From IMG/VR virus record IMGVR_UViG_2703718815_000003: DNA of 64,000 nucleotides. The stretch is one strand, 5' to 3'. Of this stretch, positions 18,969 to 27,112 are shown piece after piece. A program made the position numbers and the translations under genes. The notes below the pieces were generated by a model. The model worked only from the letters and a program-made list of their open reading frames with translations, made no database searches and was not told the origin of the DNA. Position 1 is the stretch's first letter; every line of letters begins with the position of its first letter. Origin of the DNA: a virus. Its lineage: Duplodnaviria > Heunggongvirae > Uroviricota > Caudoviricetes.

Positions 18969-19538
18969 TCAATTAGAGCTTTGAAAGACTTTGTGTGGTT
19001 GTGTTGCGAGGTTATGTCGATGGCTTAACTCACGCATCATGTCTTCAAGCCGACTCTTTGTGTCGTCGAGTTGGTCGGCCATTGCTCCCAAAAGCTGACG
19101 AACGGCCATCGGATCATCGCTGTTTAGTGATGGCATTTTATAACCCGCCTGAGAAGACATAAGATTGAACGCAGACATCAACATCGTTAGAGAGGATTTA
19201 AGCCCAGCAATTTCACGATCTTTGCTGGCAATAATCGCCTCACTCTTGTTAGTGTCATCAGTTCGTTGAGTCTCGCTCACCATATCCAAAGTCGCCTGCA
19301 ACTTATCAGCGCGCTCTTTTTCAGCAAGATAATGAACACCGAAATGATGTGCTAAAGCTACAACCTGAGTTGGCTCTTCAAAGGTGGACTCAAAATTAAG
19401 TGCTGTAACCACTCTCTCAAATATGGAAACGTCTTCTATTCCTCGAAGAATGGCTAACATTTTGACCAGTTCATTAGCATCCATTTCTTCGAATAAGGCG
19501 TTTTGTTCATCAGCTATCGCTTTGCATTTCTTGCACAT
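18969..19538 (-). CDS. hypothetical protein (189 aa)
   Basis: Track ORF; class I motif upstream. Confidence 0.5.
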   Translation of the reverse strand: MCKKCKAIADEQNALFEEMDANELVKMLAILRGIEDVSIFERVVTALNFESTFEEPTQVVALAHHFGVHYLAEKERADKLQATLDMVSETQRTDDTNKSEAIIASKDREIAGLKSSLTMLMSAFNLMSSQAGYKMPSLNSDDPMAVRQLLGAMADQLDDTKSRLEDMMRELSHRHNLATQPHKVFQSSN

Positions 19539-19557
19539 GTGTTTTTCCTAATGCTTA

Positions 19558-19573
19558 AACAAGTTGTTTTCTT
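19558..19573 (-). promoter_or_regulatory. class I palindromic motif
   Basis: aaacaagttgttttct. Confidence 0.5.
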
Positions 19574-19654
19574 ATTGGCTTTATTGTGATGTGGCATAAA
19601 AGGGGAGCAAGCTAAACGTAAAGGTGCAAACTCTCTATTTCGGTCAACGAAACA

Positions 19655-19676
19655 CAAGGGCCATTTGGCCCTTGTC
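19655..19676 (-). terminator. hairpin terminator
   Basis: caagggcca tt tggcccttg followed by T-rich run on minus strand. Confidence 0.45.
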
Positions 19677-19677
19677 A

Positions 19678-19836
19678 TTAACACGTTGCTTTACGGACTA
19701 GCGGATAAGCGAAGTAGATCGCCAGACCAATGAGGACGCCATCAGAAATGACAGACATCATCTTTCCCGTAAAATCCACCAACACCGCCATCACCAGAAG
19801 AGCAATGACGATCACAAGCCGGAATCTCTCAAGCAT
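19678..19836 (-). CDS. small membrane protein (52 aa)
   Basis: MLERFRLVIVIALLVMAVLVDF...; start overlaps stop of upstream gene (TAATG); not in 60-aa track. Confidence 0.45.
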   Translation of the reverse strand: MLERFRLVIVIALLVMAVLVDFTGKMMSVISDGVLIGLAIYFAYPLVRKATC

Positions 19837-20261
19837 TAGAGATAAGCATCCAGTGACAACTGAAGCGCCTGGGCGATCTTTTTCAGTGCCTGCTCTTCTT
19901 GTTCACCAATGCCGTCCTGATCGGCAATATCAAGGCACAGACACAGAACATCGACCGCCTCTGGAGTACCCGCAATATCAGACAGCTCACGAATAGCCTG
20001 TGCATTAGCAGAACGAGGGGACGCTTCGTAACGAGCACGGATATTGGCGCTCATTTGGGCAATTTCACCAGCAAACGGAGAAAACGCAGGCAGAGCTGCA
20101 ATTGTCTTCTCAAGAATGGCAATTTCTTTTGCGTCACATGTGCCGTCGGCATAGGAGATCATGTACGCGCCCCACACGGTGGCCTCAACCGCATCACGGT
20201 TCTCCATTTTTTTGACTTCGATAACAGCTTTACGAGTTTTCTTTTTGAAGAAACCTAACAT
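19836..20261 (-). CDS. TerB-like domain protein (141 aa), tentative
   Basis: Two repeats of the type ..DG..D..E...L.. (YADGTCDAKEIAILE / IADQDGIGEQEEQAL). Confidence 0.4.
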   Translation of the reverse strand: MLGFFKKKTRKAVIEVKKMENRDAVEATVWGAYMISYADGTCDAKEIAILEKTIAALPAFSPFAGEIAQMSANIRARYEASPRSANAQAIRELSDIAGTPEAVDVLCLCLDIADQDGIGEQEEQALKKIAQALQLSLDAYL

Positions 20262-20284
20262 GTGCTTTCCTTTTATTATTTGTC

Positions 20285-20301
20285 AAAACAAGTTGTTTTC
20301 T
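20285..20301 (-). promoter_or_regulatory. class I palindromic motif
   Basis: aaaacaagttgttttct. Confidence 0.5.
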
Positions 20302-20354
20302 AATTACATAAATTGCTTACGCAGAGATGGTCAATGCATATGCACTAACAGCCG

Positions 20355-20543
20355 TCAGAAATAACCAAGTACCGAACCAACTGGAAAAACAAAAATCCCA
20401 ACTACACGAGCCAAGGTCATGCCAGCCTGAAACTGGAGATCGCCAGAGCAAACAAGTTTTATAATGTTCGATACCCAACCGGCGGCCATAAGGGCAAGAA
20501 TTGCCAGCCAAATTTTTCCAAAGTGATTTGAAAACCAGTTCAT
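20355..20543 (-). CDS. small hydrophobic membrane protein (62 aa)
   Basis: Track ORF; ATGA overlap with 20540..20791. Confidence 0.4.
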   Translation of the reverse strand: MNWFSNHFGKIWLAILALMAAGWVSNIIKLVCSGDLQFQAGMTLARVVGIFVFPVGSVLGYF

Positions 20544-20791
20544 ACAACCGCCTTAGTCACAGCATGATCCTGAGTAACTGGATGAACTTGAGGTATCGCA
20601 TCCACCGCCATCCCATCCAGAGTGACAGGACGCTCCACTGGAGTGGTGGTAATTGTCGTCGACGAAGGTGTGGTGATGGATGAATCCGGCATCAAAAGGC
20701 TCTGACCGGCTGGAACGGCTACCGTCGCCAGTGAAACTATAATGAGAACGTAGGCCATTGGTTTCAGCCTCTTTCTTTGAAAATTTTCCAT
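20540..20791 (-). CDS. small protein with N-terminal signal/TM segment and T/S-rich region (83 aa)
   Basis: Track ORF; AAGGA RBS. Confidence 0.4.
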   Translation of the reverse strand: MENFQRKRLKPMAYVLIIVSLATVAVPAGQSLLMPDSSITTPSSTTITTTPVERPVTLDGMAVDAIPQVHPVTQDHAVTKAVV

Positions 20792-21047
20792 TCGAACTGT
20801 CCTTGTTGTTTTTCTCCTTCACTAAAGGCCGTGCATTTTTCGCTTCGCGTGAAGAGCCAGAGGCAACAATCGCCCCCACGTTCGCAACAACTGACGCTTG
20901 ATTATCTAAACGTTCATTCAGCAACCGAACGGTAGTCTCTAGTTCTTCAAGGCGTGACATAACACGACCGCTAAATAATTCGGCCAAAATTTGACGTAAA
21001 GAACGAGGGCGTTTAGTTACAGAAGTGAAATAGGTTTGACGTGCCAT
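20553..21047 (-). CDS. hypothetical protein (164 aa); 3' half overlaps 20540..20791 out of frame
   Basis: Good GGAG RBS and helical N-terminal 85 aa; C-terminal half is low complexity. Confidence 0.35.
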   Translation of the reverse strand: MARQTYFTSVTKRPRSLRQILAELFSGRVMSRLEELETTVRLLNERLDNQASVVANVGAIVASGSSREAKNARPLVKEKNNKDSSNGKFSKKEAETNGLRSHYSFTGDGSRSSRSEPFDAGFIHHHTFVDDNYHHSSGASCHSGWDGGGCDTSSSSSYSGSCCD

Positions 21048-21073
21048 GTGGACTCCATCCAGTGTCAGAAAGA

Positions 21074-21102
21074 GTTGCGGCTGGCGATTGCCAGCCGCCT
21101 TT
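21074..21102 (-). terminator. rho-independent terminator after RNase H
   Basis: gcggctggc gatt gccagccgc stem, T-rich flank. Confidence 0.6.
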
Positions 21103-21176
21103 CTCGTTCCATCCTGGAACTGTGTCTTACCGACACATTGTCATCCTGACGCCGATAAGATACATGATTTAAAATG

Positions 21177-21199
21177 ATAGGTAAACACTTACTTACTAT
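21177..21199. promoter_or_regulatory. class II palindromic motif
   Basis: gataggtaaacacttacttactat. Confidence 0.4.
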
Positions 21200-21786
21200 T
21201 TATTATAAACAAAACCAATATCTTTCTTGTGAGGCATATCTGCTGCTGAAAAAGCTGCGATCTTCGCGAGTCGATCACATATTTCATTTTCACGATGCCC
21301 GGCGTGACCTTTAACCCACTTCCAGCGAACATTATGTCGACTTGCGGCCTCATCCAGACGCTTCCACAGATCAACATTCTTTACCGGTTTTTTGTCAGAA
21401 GTCATCCATCCATTGCGTTTCCACCATTTCATCCACTGTGTCATGCCGTTTTTCAGATACTGGCTATCAGAGTGCAAAATAACGTTGCATGGATATTTCA
21501 AACGCTCCAGCCCGATAAGTGCCCCCATCATCTCCATGCGGTTATTGGTGGTGCTATGAAAACCATCTGAGAACTCGCGTTCCTCACCACGATACTGGAG
21601 AACTATACCGTAACCGCCCGGGCCACCCGGATTTTTAAGGCAAGAGCCATCACTGAAGATTTTCACGGTTTTAAGCTGGGGATTGAACTCTACGACAGGC
21701 GTTGTGGAATTGGTGCGGGGAGAATTTTTGTTTTTGGCTTTTTTGCGAGTTTTTTCTTGCGATCGGGCTGGTGTCTTCGTCGTCAT
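21196..21786 (-). CDS. rnhA: ribonuclease HI
   Basis: Trimmed to ATG with AGGAG RBS; [18 protein letters not shown]...TNNRMEMM...HSDSQY...VKGHAGH; N-terminal basic extension about 40 aa. Confidence 0.9.
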   Translation of the reverse strand: MTTKTPARSQEKTRKKAKNKNSPRTNSTTPVVEFNPQLKTVKIFSDGSCLKNPGGPGGYGIVLQYRGEEREFSDGFHSTTNNRMEMMGALIGLERLKYPCNVILHSDSQYLKNGMTQWMKWWKRNGWMTSDKKPVKNVDLWKRLDEAASRHNVRWKWVKGHAGHRENEICDRLAKIAAFSAADMPHKKDIGFVYNK

Positions 21787-21879
21787 ATAAACTCCTGAAT
21801 CAAGCGCCGCGCCGATTTTTTTTCCTCGCGCGTGCGCACACGCGTGCGTGTTAATAATTATTAAAATAAACAAATTACT

Positions 21880-22370
21880 TCCCAGAACAGGTTTTTATAA
21901 ACCTGAACTGAACGAACGAAGTGAGTGAAGTTCACCTCGAACGAAGTGAGAGGTTGTCTTTTCAGGTAATACTCTCCCAGGGAGGTGAGTATAAAAATCC
22001 CTCACCAACCTGGTCGTTTCATAACCTGAAAAGTTATGGTCTAAGTCTACTGCCAGCTTAGACTTGGGAAGTTATGGATGACAGCACCCCAGAACCGAGA
22101 TCTTCCCACACTTTATGAAGGGGAGTACTGGATTCAACCTCTCGAAACACCCCAGACTCGACAATCATAAAGTGACCCTTGTCTCCGCTCACTTTGGTTC
22201 CCCCTTCCCCGACACCTAAACGGCACCAGTTCTACGCTGGTAGTGAGCTTTTTTAAACCTGACGCCAGTGACGCTTACCCCCACCCATCAGGTCGAGTCT
22301 CCAGTCTACGACTGGAAACTATCAGATCTTAGCACTTACAATTCACTTTATGAATAGTTTGTACTTATCT
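21880..22370. other. ORF-free structured intergenic region (about 490 bp)
   Basis: No ORF of 60 aa or more; direct repeats CGAACGAAGTGAG x2, AAGTTATGG x2; several stable hairpins. Confidence 0.4.
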
Positions 22371-22373
22371 ATC
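22361..22373. promoter_or_regulatory. class II motif (partial)
   Basis: gtacttatctatc. Confidence 0.3.
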
Positions 22374-22602
22374 ATTGTGATTGATTATTTTCTCTACCAT
22401 GTAGTTGAACATTCAAGGCAAACACCTCATTGATCAACTCACCTAAAAGCTGTTCAACAAGTTCGCGATGCTCGCCAAGATGCAAGCACTTAATTGCCCA
22501 TTCGTACAAGTTGAAAGCCTGCTCACGATCTTTCATCATTTCACGAGCCTGGGCCAGAAAATCGCTCTCTACGAGCGCAACGACATTAGTCGGGTATGAC
22601 AT
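22372..22602 (-). CDS. hypothetical protein (76 aa)
   Basis: Track ORF trimmed to ATG (MSYPTNVV...) with AAGGAAACC RBS. Confidence 0.45.
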   Translation of the reverse strand: MSYPTNVVALVESDFLAQAREMMKDREQAFNLYEWAIKCLHLGEHRELVEQLLGELINEVFALNVQLHGRENNQSQ

Positions 22603-22705
22603 GTTGGTTTCCTTAAAGTGGTTCATAAAATCGATTTTAAAGCGTCTGGGAAGGGGTTCTAGTGGATTCTGTAGTGATGTTCAGGTCTGGAGTCTCTGAT
22701 ACAAA

Positions 22706-22768
22706 ACAGCCTGCTTCCGTATATTAATAATTAATATGTAGTTATTTATATATACAGAAGCAGGCTAA
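22706..22768 (-). terminator. long-loop hairpin (10-bp GC stem enclosing AT palindrome) + U-run
   Basis: agcctgcttc...gaagcaggct; loop contains atattaat a attaatat. Confidence 0.4.
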
Positions 22769-22787
22769 TTACAGACGCCAGAACAAA

Positions 22788-23381
22788 CTAAGCAGCCTTC
22801 TTTGATGGTCTTTTTTTCCTGATCACATTCGCAGGATCATACCCTCCCAGACTTTTCATGACGTCCAAAGGGATCTTGCTTATAGAGTGCCCAGCGTCCT
22901 GACAGAATCCTCGAAAAACAACGAGCATACTGCCACCTGGGTTGATGTTTACTTCTACCTGACCCAGATTGACGTCAGGCTCGACAAACGCTACGCGGCC
23001 ACCAGACAGAATAATCGTCTCATTCGCACACTCTGTTGCACGCTCATACCACTTTGTATCTAGGGATTGAGGAATTAGCATCACTGTTGTAACTCCGCGA
23101 GCCTGCTCACGTATAGCCGCATCAATCCAGGGGGAGATTTTGGAGTAGGGTGGATTGAGGAAGGCAATTGTACCTGGCTGTCCCCATTCAGATTTCAAAG
23201 CATCACGCTCAACGCCTATGAAATTAGGCAGCTTTGCATTGTCCTTGTTGCAGGCAACGTCAACATCAAATGTCACTCCAAGATAACGTTGAATGGCAGA
23301 AAACAGCCAGTCAGGTGTTCTCCAGAGGTCACGAAGAGAGTTGTCGCGCTTTCGCTGTTTGATTTTTTCGGCTGCAATCAT
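22788..23381 (-). CDS. phage-type DNA N6-adenine methyltransferase (Dam-like)
   Basis: 197 aa; WRTPDWLF...FLNPPYS (NPPY motif). Confidence 0.75.
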   Translation of the reverse strand: MIAAEKIKQRKRDNSLRDLWRTPDWLFSAIQRYLGVTFDVDVACNKDNAKLPNFIGVERDALKSEWGQPGTIAFLNPPYSKISPWIDAAIREQARGVTTVMLIPQSLDTKWYERATECANETIILSGGRVAFVEPDVNLGQVEVNINPGGSMLVVFRGFCQDAGHSISKIPLDVMKSLGGYDPANVIRKKRPSKKAA

Positions 23382-23391
23382 CTTCTTTCTC

Positions 23392-23412
23392 GATAGGTAA
23401 GTAAATACCTAT
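23392..23412. promoter_or_regulatory. class II palindromic motif
   Basis: gataggtaagtaaatacctat. Confidence 0.45.
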
Positions 23413-23564
23413 TTTTGCATTTGATTTTATGTCTGGCAATCAAATAAAACGCGCCAGAAATGCAAACGAGAAGCTCTCTGGCGCGTTTTTGTGGTGCTGG
23501 GTATGTGATTGGCTTACCCAGCACTATAAAGCTCTCTATGGGCTTTATTTTCAGTAGGGGAACG

Positions 23565-24374
23565 TCATCCAATAGTGTACTCCGCGACAAACTTCTTAAC
23601 GATCGGTGATTCTTCGTTCAATGTTAGATTTCCACCGTCTCTAACGGCAATTCCTGTCGCTGGAAATACAGCCATCATTTGCCCAGCCTGAGTTGACGCA
23701 GTGTTAAGCGGATACGGTTTTTCTGGATTGCTCATTAAAGCAATCTTAATACTATTACTTGTAGCCTTCTTTTCTGTGAGAAGGTGTCTCATGGAAATTA
23801 CCGTGTAAACACTAATATCTGGACCTCCGCTAAACCAATTAAGAAGGTTTAATATCTTATCCTTTGCTTTGACAGGCGCGTTATCGTAAGCGTCTAAAAA
23901 AATATCTTTCTCTAAACCCGCTTTATTGAAAAACGCATCATCTTTATCACTTAGAGCAAAACGAGGACCTCTTGCAGTACGCGCTTTTTTATTTGTGTTG
24001 CTATCATTTGACTGTTGAACTTTTAATTCATCATTAATCTCAACACACCCTTCAACCTCGATGATCCCCAACTGTTCTGGTTCGTTTTCGGCAGCTTCAC
24101 CACTTTCAGCGTTAATTACGTTTATAGGCTCATGCGCTAACTCCAACTCATTTAAAGCTGAGCTGAAATCACCTGCTTTTTCTTCATTGAACAGTTCTTC
24201 GGCAACATCATCAGAACTCATGGCTACGCCAGCATCTAGGCCGAGCAGCAGATCGTCAATATCATCAGTATTTTCAACCTGTGCAGCTTTTTTTACTGGT
24301 TCATCAAGTGATTGCAACATGGCTGCCAGCTCGTCCAGATCATCATTTGTCATTACATTTTCAACCGAACTCAT
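23565..24374 (-). CDS. hypothetical protein with strongly acidic N-terminal half (269 aa)
   Basis: Track ORF; D/E-rich first about 120 aa. Confidence 0.5.
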   Translation of the reverse strand: MSSVENVMTNDDLDELAAMLQSLDEPVKKAAQVENTDDIDDLLLGLDAGVAMSSDDVAEELFNEEKAGDFSSALNELELAHEPINVINAESGEAAENEPEQLGIIEVEGCVEINDELKVQQSNDSNTNKKARTARGPRFALSDKDDAFFNKAGLEKDIFLDAYDNAPVKAKDKILNLLNWFSGGPDISVYTVISMRHLLTEKKATSNSIKIALMSNPEKPYPLNTASTQAGQMMAVFPATGIAVRDGGNLTLNEESPIVKKFVAEYTIG

Positions 24375-24486
24375 GTAAGTCTCCTTCTGTTTGGTTACAT
24401 TTGCGTTTCGATGGCTACATTTTGACTAAACCTATCAGGCGGAAAAGTATTAAATACAGGCAGGAAATGATTGAAAGGCGACTGTT

Positions 24487-24525
24487 CTTTAAAAGAAAGC
24501 CTACTTTAAACTTTTTAAAGTAGGC
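24487..24525. terminator. perfect 14-bp palindrome hairpin (bidirectional terminator)
   Basis: aagcctactttaaa c tttaaagtaggctt. Confidence 0.55.
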
Positions 24526-24532
24526 TTTTGTT

Positions 24533-25090
24533 TTACACAATTTCAGAGGGTAATTTAAAAAATCCGTACTTATTACGTGCCTTAAAGAAGCATTGCATCA
24601 TTAAGTTTGTGTCATATAAGGCACTATGTGCTTTGGCATGATCGTATATAAAGCCAAGAGAGAAGGCCAACTCTTCAAGGCGGGGACGTTTACCGTCTTC
24701 TGTGGCCCACAATCCCGATAACATAGTATCTATAACAGGAACTTCTGGCAGTCTTACTCCATACCCTGAAAACTCGTGTCGAATAAATGGTATATCAAAT
24801 GCTTCGCCGTTATGAGCAACCCACACACTACATGCCCCCATATAAGCGCCAATTTCGCTGGCATGATTTGACAACAAAGGTTCAGCTGCGAGCTGTTCCA
24901 ATGAAATGCCATGAACGGCTTGAGCTTTCGGATCTATGTTTCTGCGAGGGTTAAAACGCATCTCCAGACTATCAATATGTCTCTGTGTCTCCAGTTCATA
25001 GCGGGTAATTGCGATTTCAATAATTTTATGACCAGCAAGGAAATCCAGTCCCGTAGACTCGATATCGATGCCTGCAACAATCGTTGTCAT
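24533..25090 (-). CDS. DnaQ-like 3'-5' exonuclease (DEDDh family)
   Basis: 185 aa; GIDIESTGL ... VAHNGEAFDIPF ... HSALYD. Confidence 0.8.
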   Translation of the reverse strand: MTTIVAGIDIESTGLDFLAGHKIIEIAITRYELETQRHIDSLEMRFNPRRNIDPKAQAVHGISLEQLAAEPLLSNHASEIGAYMGACSVWVAHNGEAFDIPFIRHEFSGYGVRLPEVPVIDTMLSGLWATEDGKRPRLEELAFSLGFIYDHAKAHSALYDTNLMMQCFFKARNKYGFFKLPSEIV

Positions 25091-25099
25091 CAGAACTCC

Positions 25100-25519
25100 T
25101 TACAACTTCTTAGCGCCCTTAAGTAGTGCGCTACGTACAAATTGAGCCGCTTTTTTCAAAGTTTCTTCACTGGTTTCACAGACAATCGGATCTTTCCACT
25201 TACCTGACACAGTGTTGAGAATATTGATTTGGTTGCTATCCAGACAAACAGAGATATAAAGCACCGTGCCACCAGCCAGCATCAAATGCATAGGAAACAG
25301 AGGCTTTTTACTGCCTTCACTGAACTGAGACATGGCGATGTTAATGGCTTCACCCACTTGTGTACCAACAAGCCCCTGCGCAGTTTCGAATATGGCACGA
25401 ATAGCCAGACGAGCCTCTCGATCGCTCATAAGCGACCGGGAATGTTCGTCCGCTACACGAATCAAAGCCTCTGTTGTTTTCCGATCCAGTTCATCTTCAA
25501 GCAACATTTCACTAAACAT
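25100..25519 (-). CDS. hypothetical protein (139 aa)
   Basis: Track ORF. Confidence 0.5.
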   Translation of the reverse strand: MFSEMLLEDELDRKTTEALIRVADEHSRSLMSDREARLAIRAIFETAQGLVGTQVGEAINIAMSQFSEGSKKPLFPMHLMLAGGTVLYISVCLDSNQINILNTVSGKWKDPIVCETSEETLKKAAQFVRSALLKGAKKL

Positions 25520-25580
25520 TTTTTATCCTTAACCCATTTTGAGAGTTTTATTGTCGCAATGTCGAAGAGGCGAACAATTT

Positions 25581-26225
25581 CTAATGAACGGTCACTCGGC
25601 CACAGAACCGGTTTTCTATCTTTTCTACAGCGTTATCTAGCATTCTCATCACTGATCTGGCTCTTGCTTCAACCGTGCGATATCGGTTGGAAACGACGAA
25701 GGTTTGCAGATCTCCCCTTTGCGGATGCAGGTGAATTTTTGTCAGTTCCCCGCACATCAACGCATCAATACGAGCGACATACAGACGGTCTAATGATGCT
25801 CGTTGTGATCGCAAGTAATCTCGCTCTGAGAGAGCGACTCCCGGGCGTAAGCCAGCAATGGCGTTAAAGTTTGAAATAGCAGTTTTGTGGCAAAACTTTT
25901 CGATATCGAGGGCTAACTCAATACACCGATCTTCATTTGTATGGCCGACCAAATCCAACGTGTAGGCCATAACATCAGCAGGTGTGCGATCGATAACAAA
26001 GCCTTCAACACCACGCGTAAGTAGCTCTATATGCTTTGCTATTTCCATTTGAATCTGAAGCCGCTCATATAGAGGCATAGAATCACCTACTCGAACACCG
26101 AGGCGGCTCATCAAACTTCCGACACCAGCATCCACGTAAGGGATTCCGTAATGTTTGTCGATATATTTAGCCAGGGTTGTTTTCCCACTGCCCTGAGCAC
26201 CAGTGATCCCAATCCGGTAATCCAT
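25581..26225 (-). CDS. P-loop nucleotide kinase (dNMP kinase-like), tentative
   Basis: 214 aa; N-terminal IGITGAQGSGKTTLAKYI Walker A; within nucleotide-metabolism cluster. Confidence 0.55.
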   Translation of the reverse strand: MDYRIGITGAQGSGKTTLAKYIDKHYGIPYVDAGVGSLMSRLGVRVGDSMPLYERLQIQMEIAKHIELLTRGVEGFVIDRTPADVMAYTLDLVGHTNEDRCIELALDIEKFCHKTAISNFNAIAGLRPGVALSERDYLRSQRASLDRLYVARIDALMCGELTKIHLHPQRGDLQTFVVSNRYRTVEARARSVMRMLDNAVEKIENRFCGRVTVH

Positions 26226-26701
26226 TACGACCTTCTGTATACGATCTGCGAAAAGCCAGGCTCTTCCTCGCTGGCTCGTTGGGTATAAGCTGTTTCAACA
26301 GGCACAAAGCCTAAATTACGCATCATGCTTGCCGGGAAGAATGCATCGGCGTTTGGCACATCAACGCCGATGTGGGAGAGCCAAATCTCTTCAACATGCG
26401 GCATGAATAGCGAGTAAATTTGTTCCCCGCCAATCACCCACACAGGCTCTGGTAATCGCAACACATCATCCACACCAGCAGGGTAGAATCCATTTGGTAC
26501 AAAGCCATGAGAGCGCGTCAAAACGAGGTTATGACGCTCTGGAAGAGGGCGTTTGAGACTTTCCATCGTTTTACGCCCCATAACGACAGTGGCGTTTTTG
26601 GTGAGTCTCTTAAATAGCTTCAGATCGGTAGAACAACGCCAGGGGAGTTCATTCGCTATGCCGATCTCATAGTTACGGCCAACAGCAGCGATCATCTTCA
26701 T
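26225..26701 (-). CDS. folA: dihydrofolate reductase
   Basis: 158 aa; MIAAVGRNYEIG...LPW...VMGRKT...WVIGG pattern. Confidence 0.85.
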   Translation of the reverse strand: MKMIAAVGRNYEIGIANELPWRCSTDLKLFKRLTKNATVVMGRKTMESLKRPLPERHNLVLTRSHGFVPNGFYPAGVDDVLRLPEPVWVIGGEQIYSLFMPHVEEIWLSHIGVDVPNADAFFPASMMRNLGFVPVETAYTQRASEEEPGFSQIVYRRS

Positions 26702-27111
26702 TTGCTCACCTCATAGATGACCGGTCGATGGTGAGAGTCGGCTAAAGCGGCACGGAGTCGAGGATCGTGCACCAGCGCAGCGATAAGCAGATCGCCTTTA
26801 TGCTCCGCTAATGTGCGCTTAATATGCTTCTCATAACTGGTGCCATTCGGTACGAGATGAAGCCAGTCATAATCAACGCCAAAATCTTTCAGCCATCGTT
26901 TAGTTGGCGCTTCAAGAGTTTCAGAGCGGCTACTGATAAGCACCACTTCAGCCCCTGAGCGAGCAAAACCACGCAACATACGGCTGGTGGGGAAAATGAG
27001 TTCATCACCGGCAATGAGCTGGCCTGCATCCGCGTCAGATACTGATTTACGATGGCTGGCATTTGCCAGCACACCTTCAATTTCGCATAAGACATACATA
27101 CCTCTTGCCAT
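26698..27111 (-). CDS. hypothetical protein (about 137 aa)
   Basis: Track ORF 26698..27159 trimmed to first ATG not overlapping TS. Confidence 0.4.
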   Translation of the reverse strand: MARGMYVLCEIEGVLANASHRKSVSDADAGQLIAGDELIFPTSRMLRGFARSGAEVVLISSRSETLEAPTKRWLKDFGVDYDWLHLVPNGTSYEKHIKRTLAEHKGDLLIAALVHDPRLRAALADSHHRPVIYEVSK

Positions 27112-27112
27112 A

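Noticed and set aside
21880-22370. Group I intron, retron ncRNA or tRNA in the ORF-free region
   Set aside because: No flanking split gene, no reverse transcriptase, and no canonical T-loop/acceptor arrangement or intron P/Q/R/S elements recognised by eye; left as unassigned structured region.
23378-23590. 70-aa minus-strand ORF between the acidic protein and Dam MTase
   Set aside because: Spans terminator hairpins and a class II motif in an intergenic region; hydrophobic junk translation.
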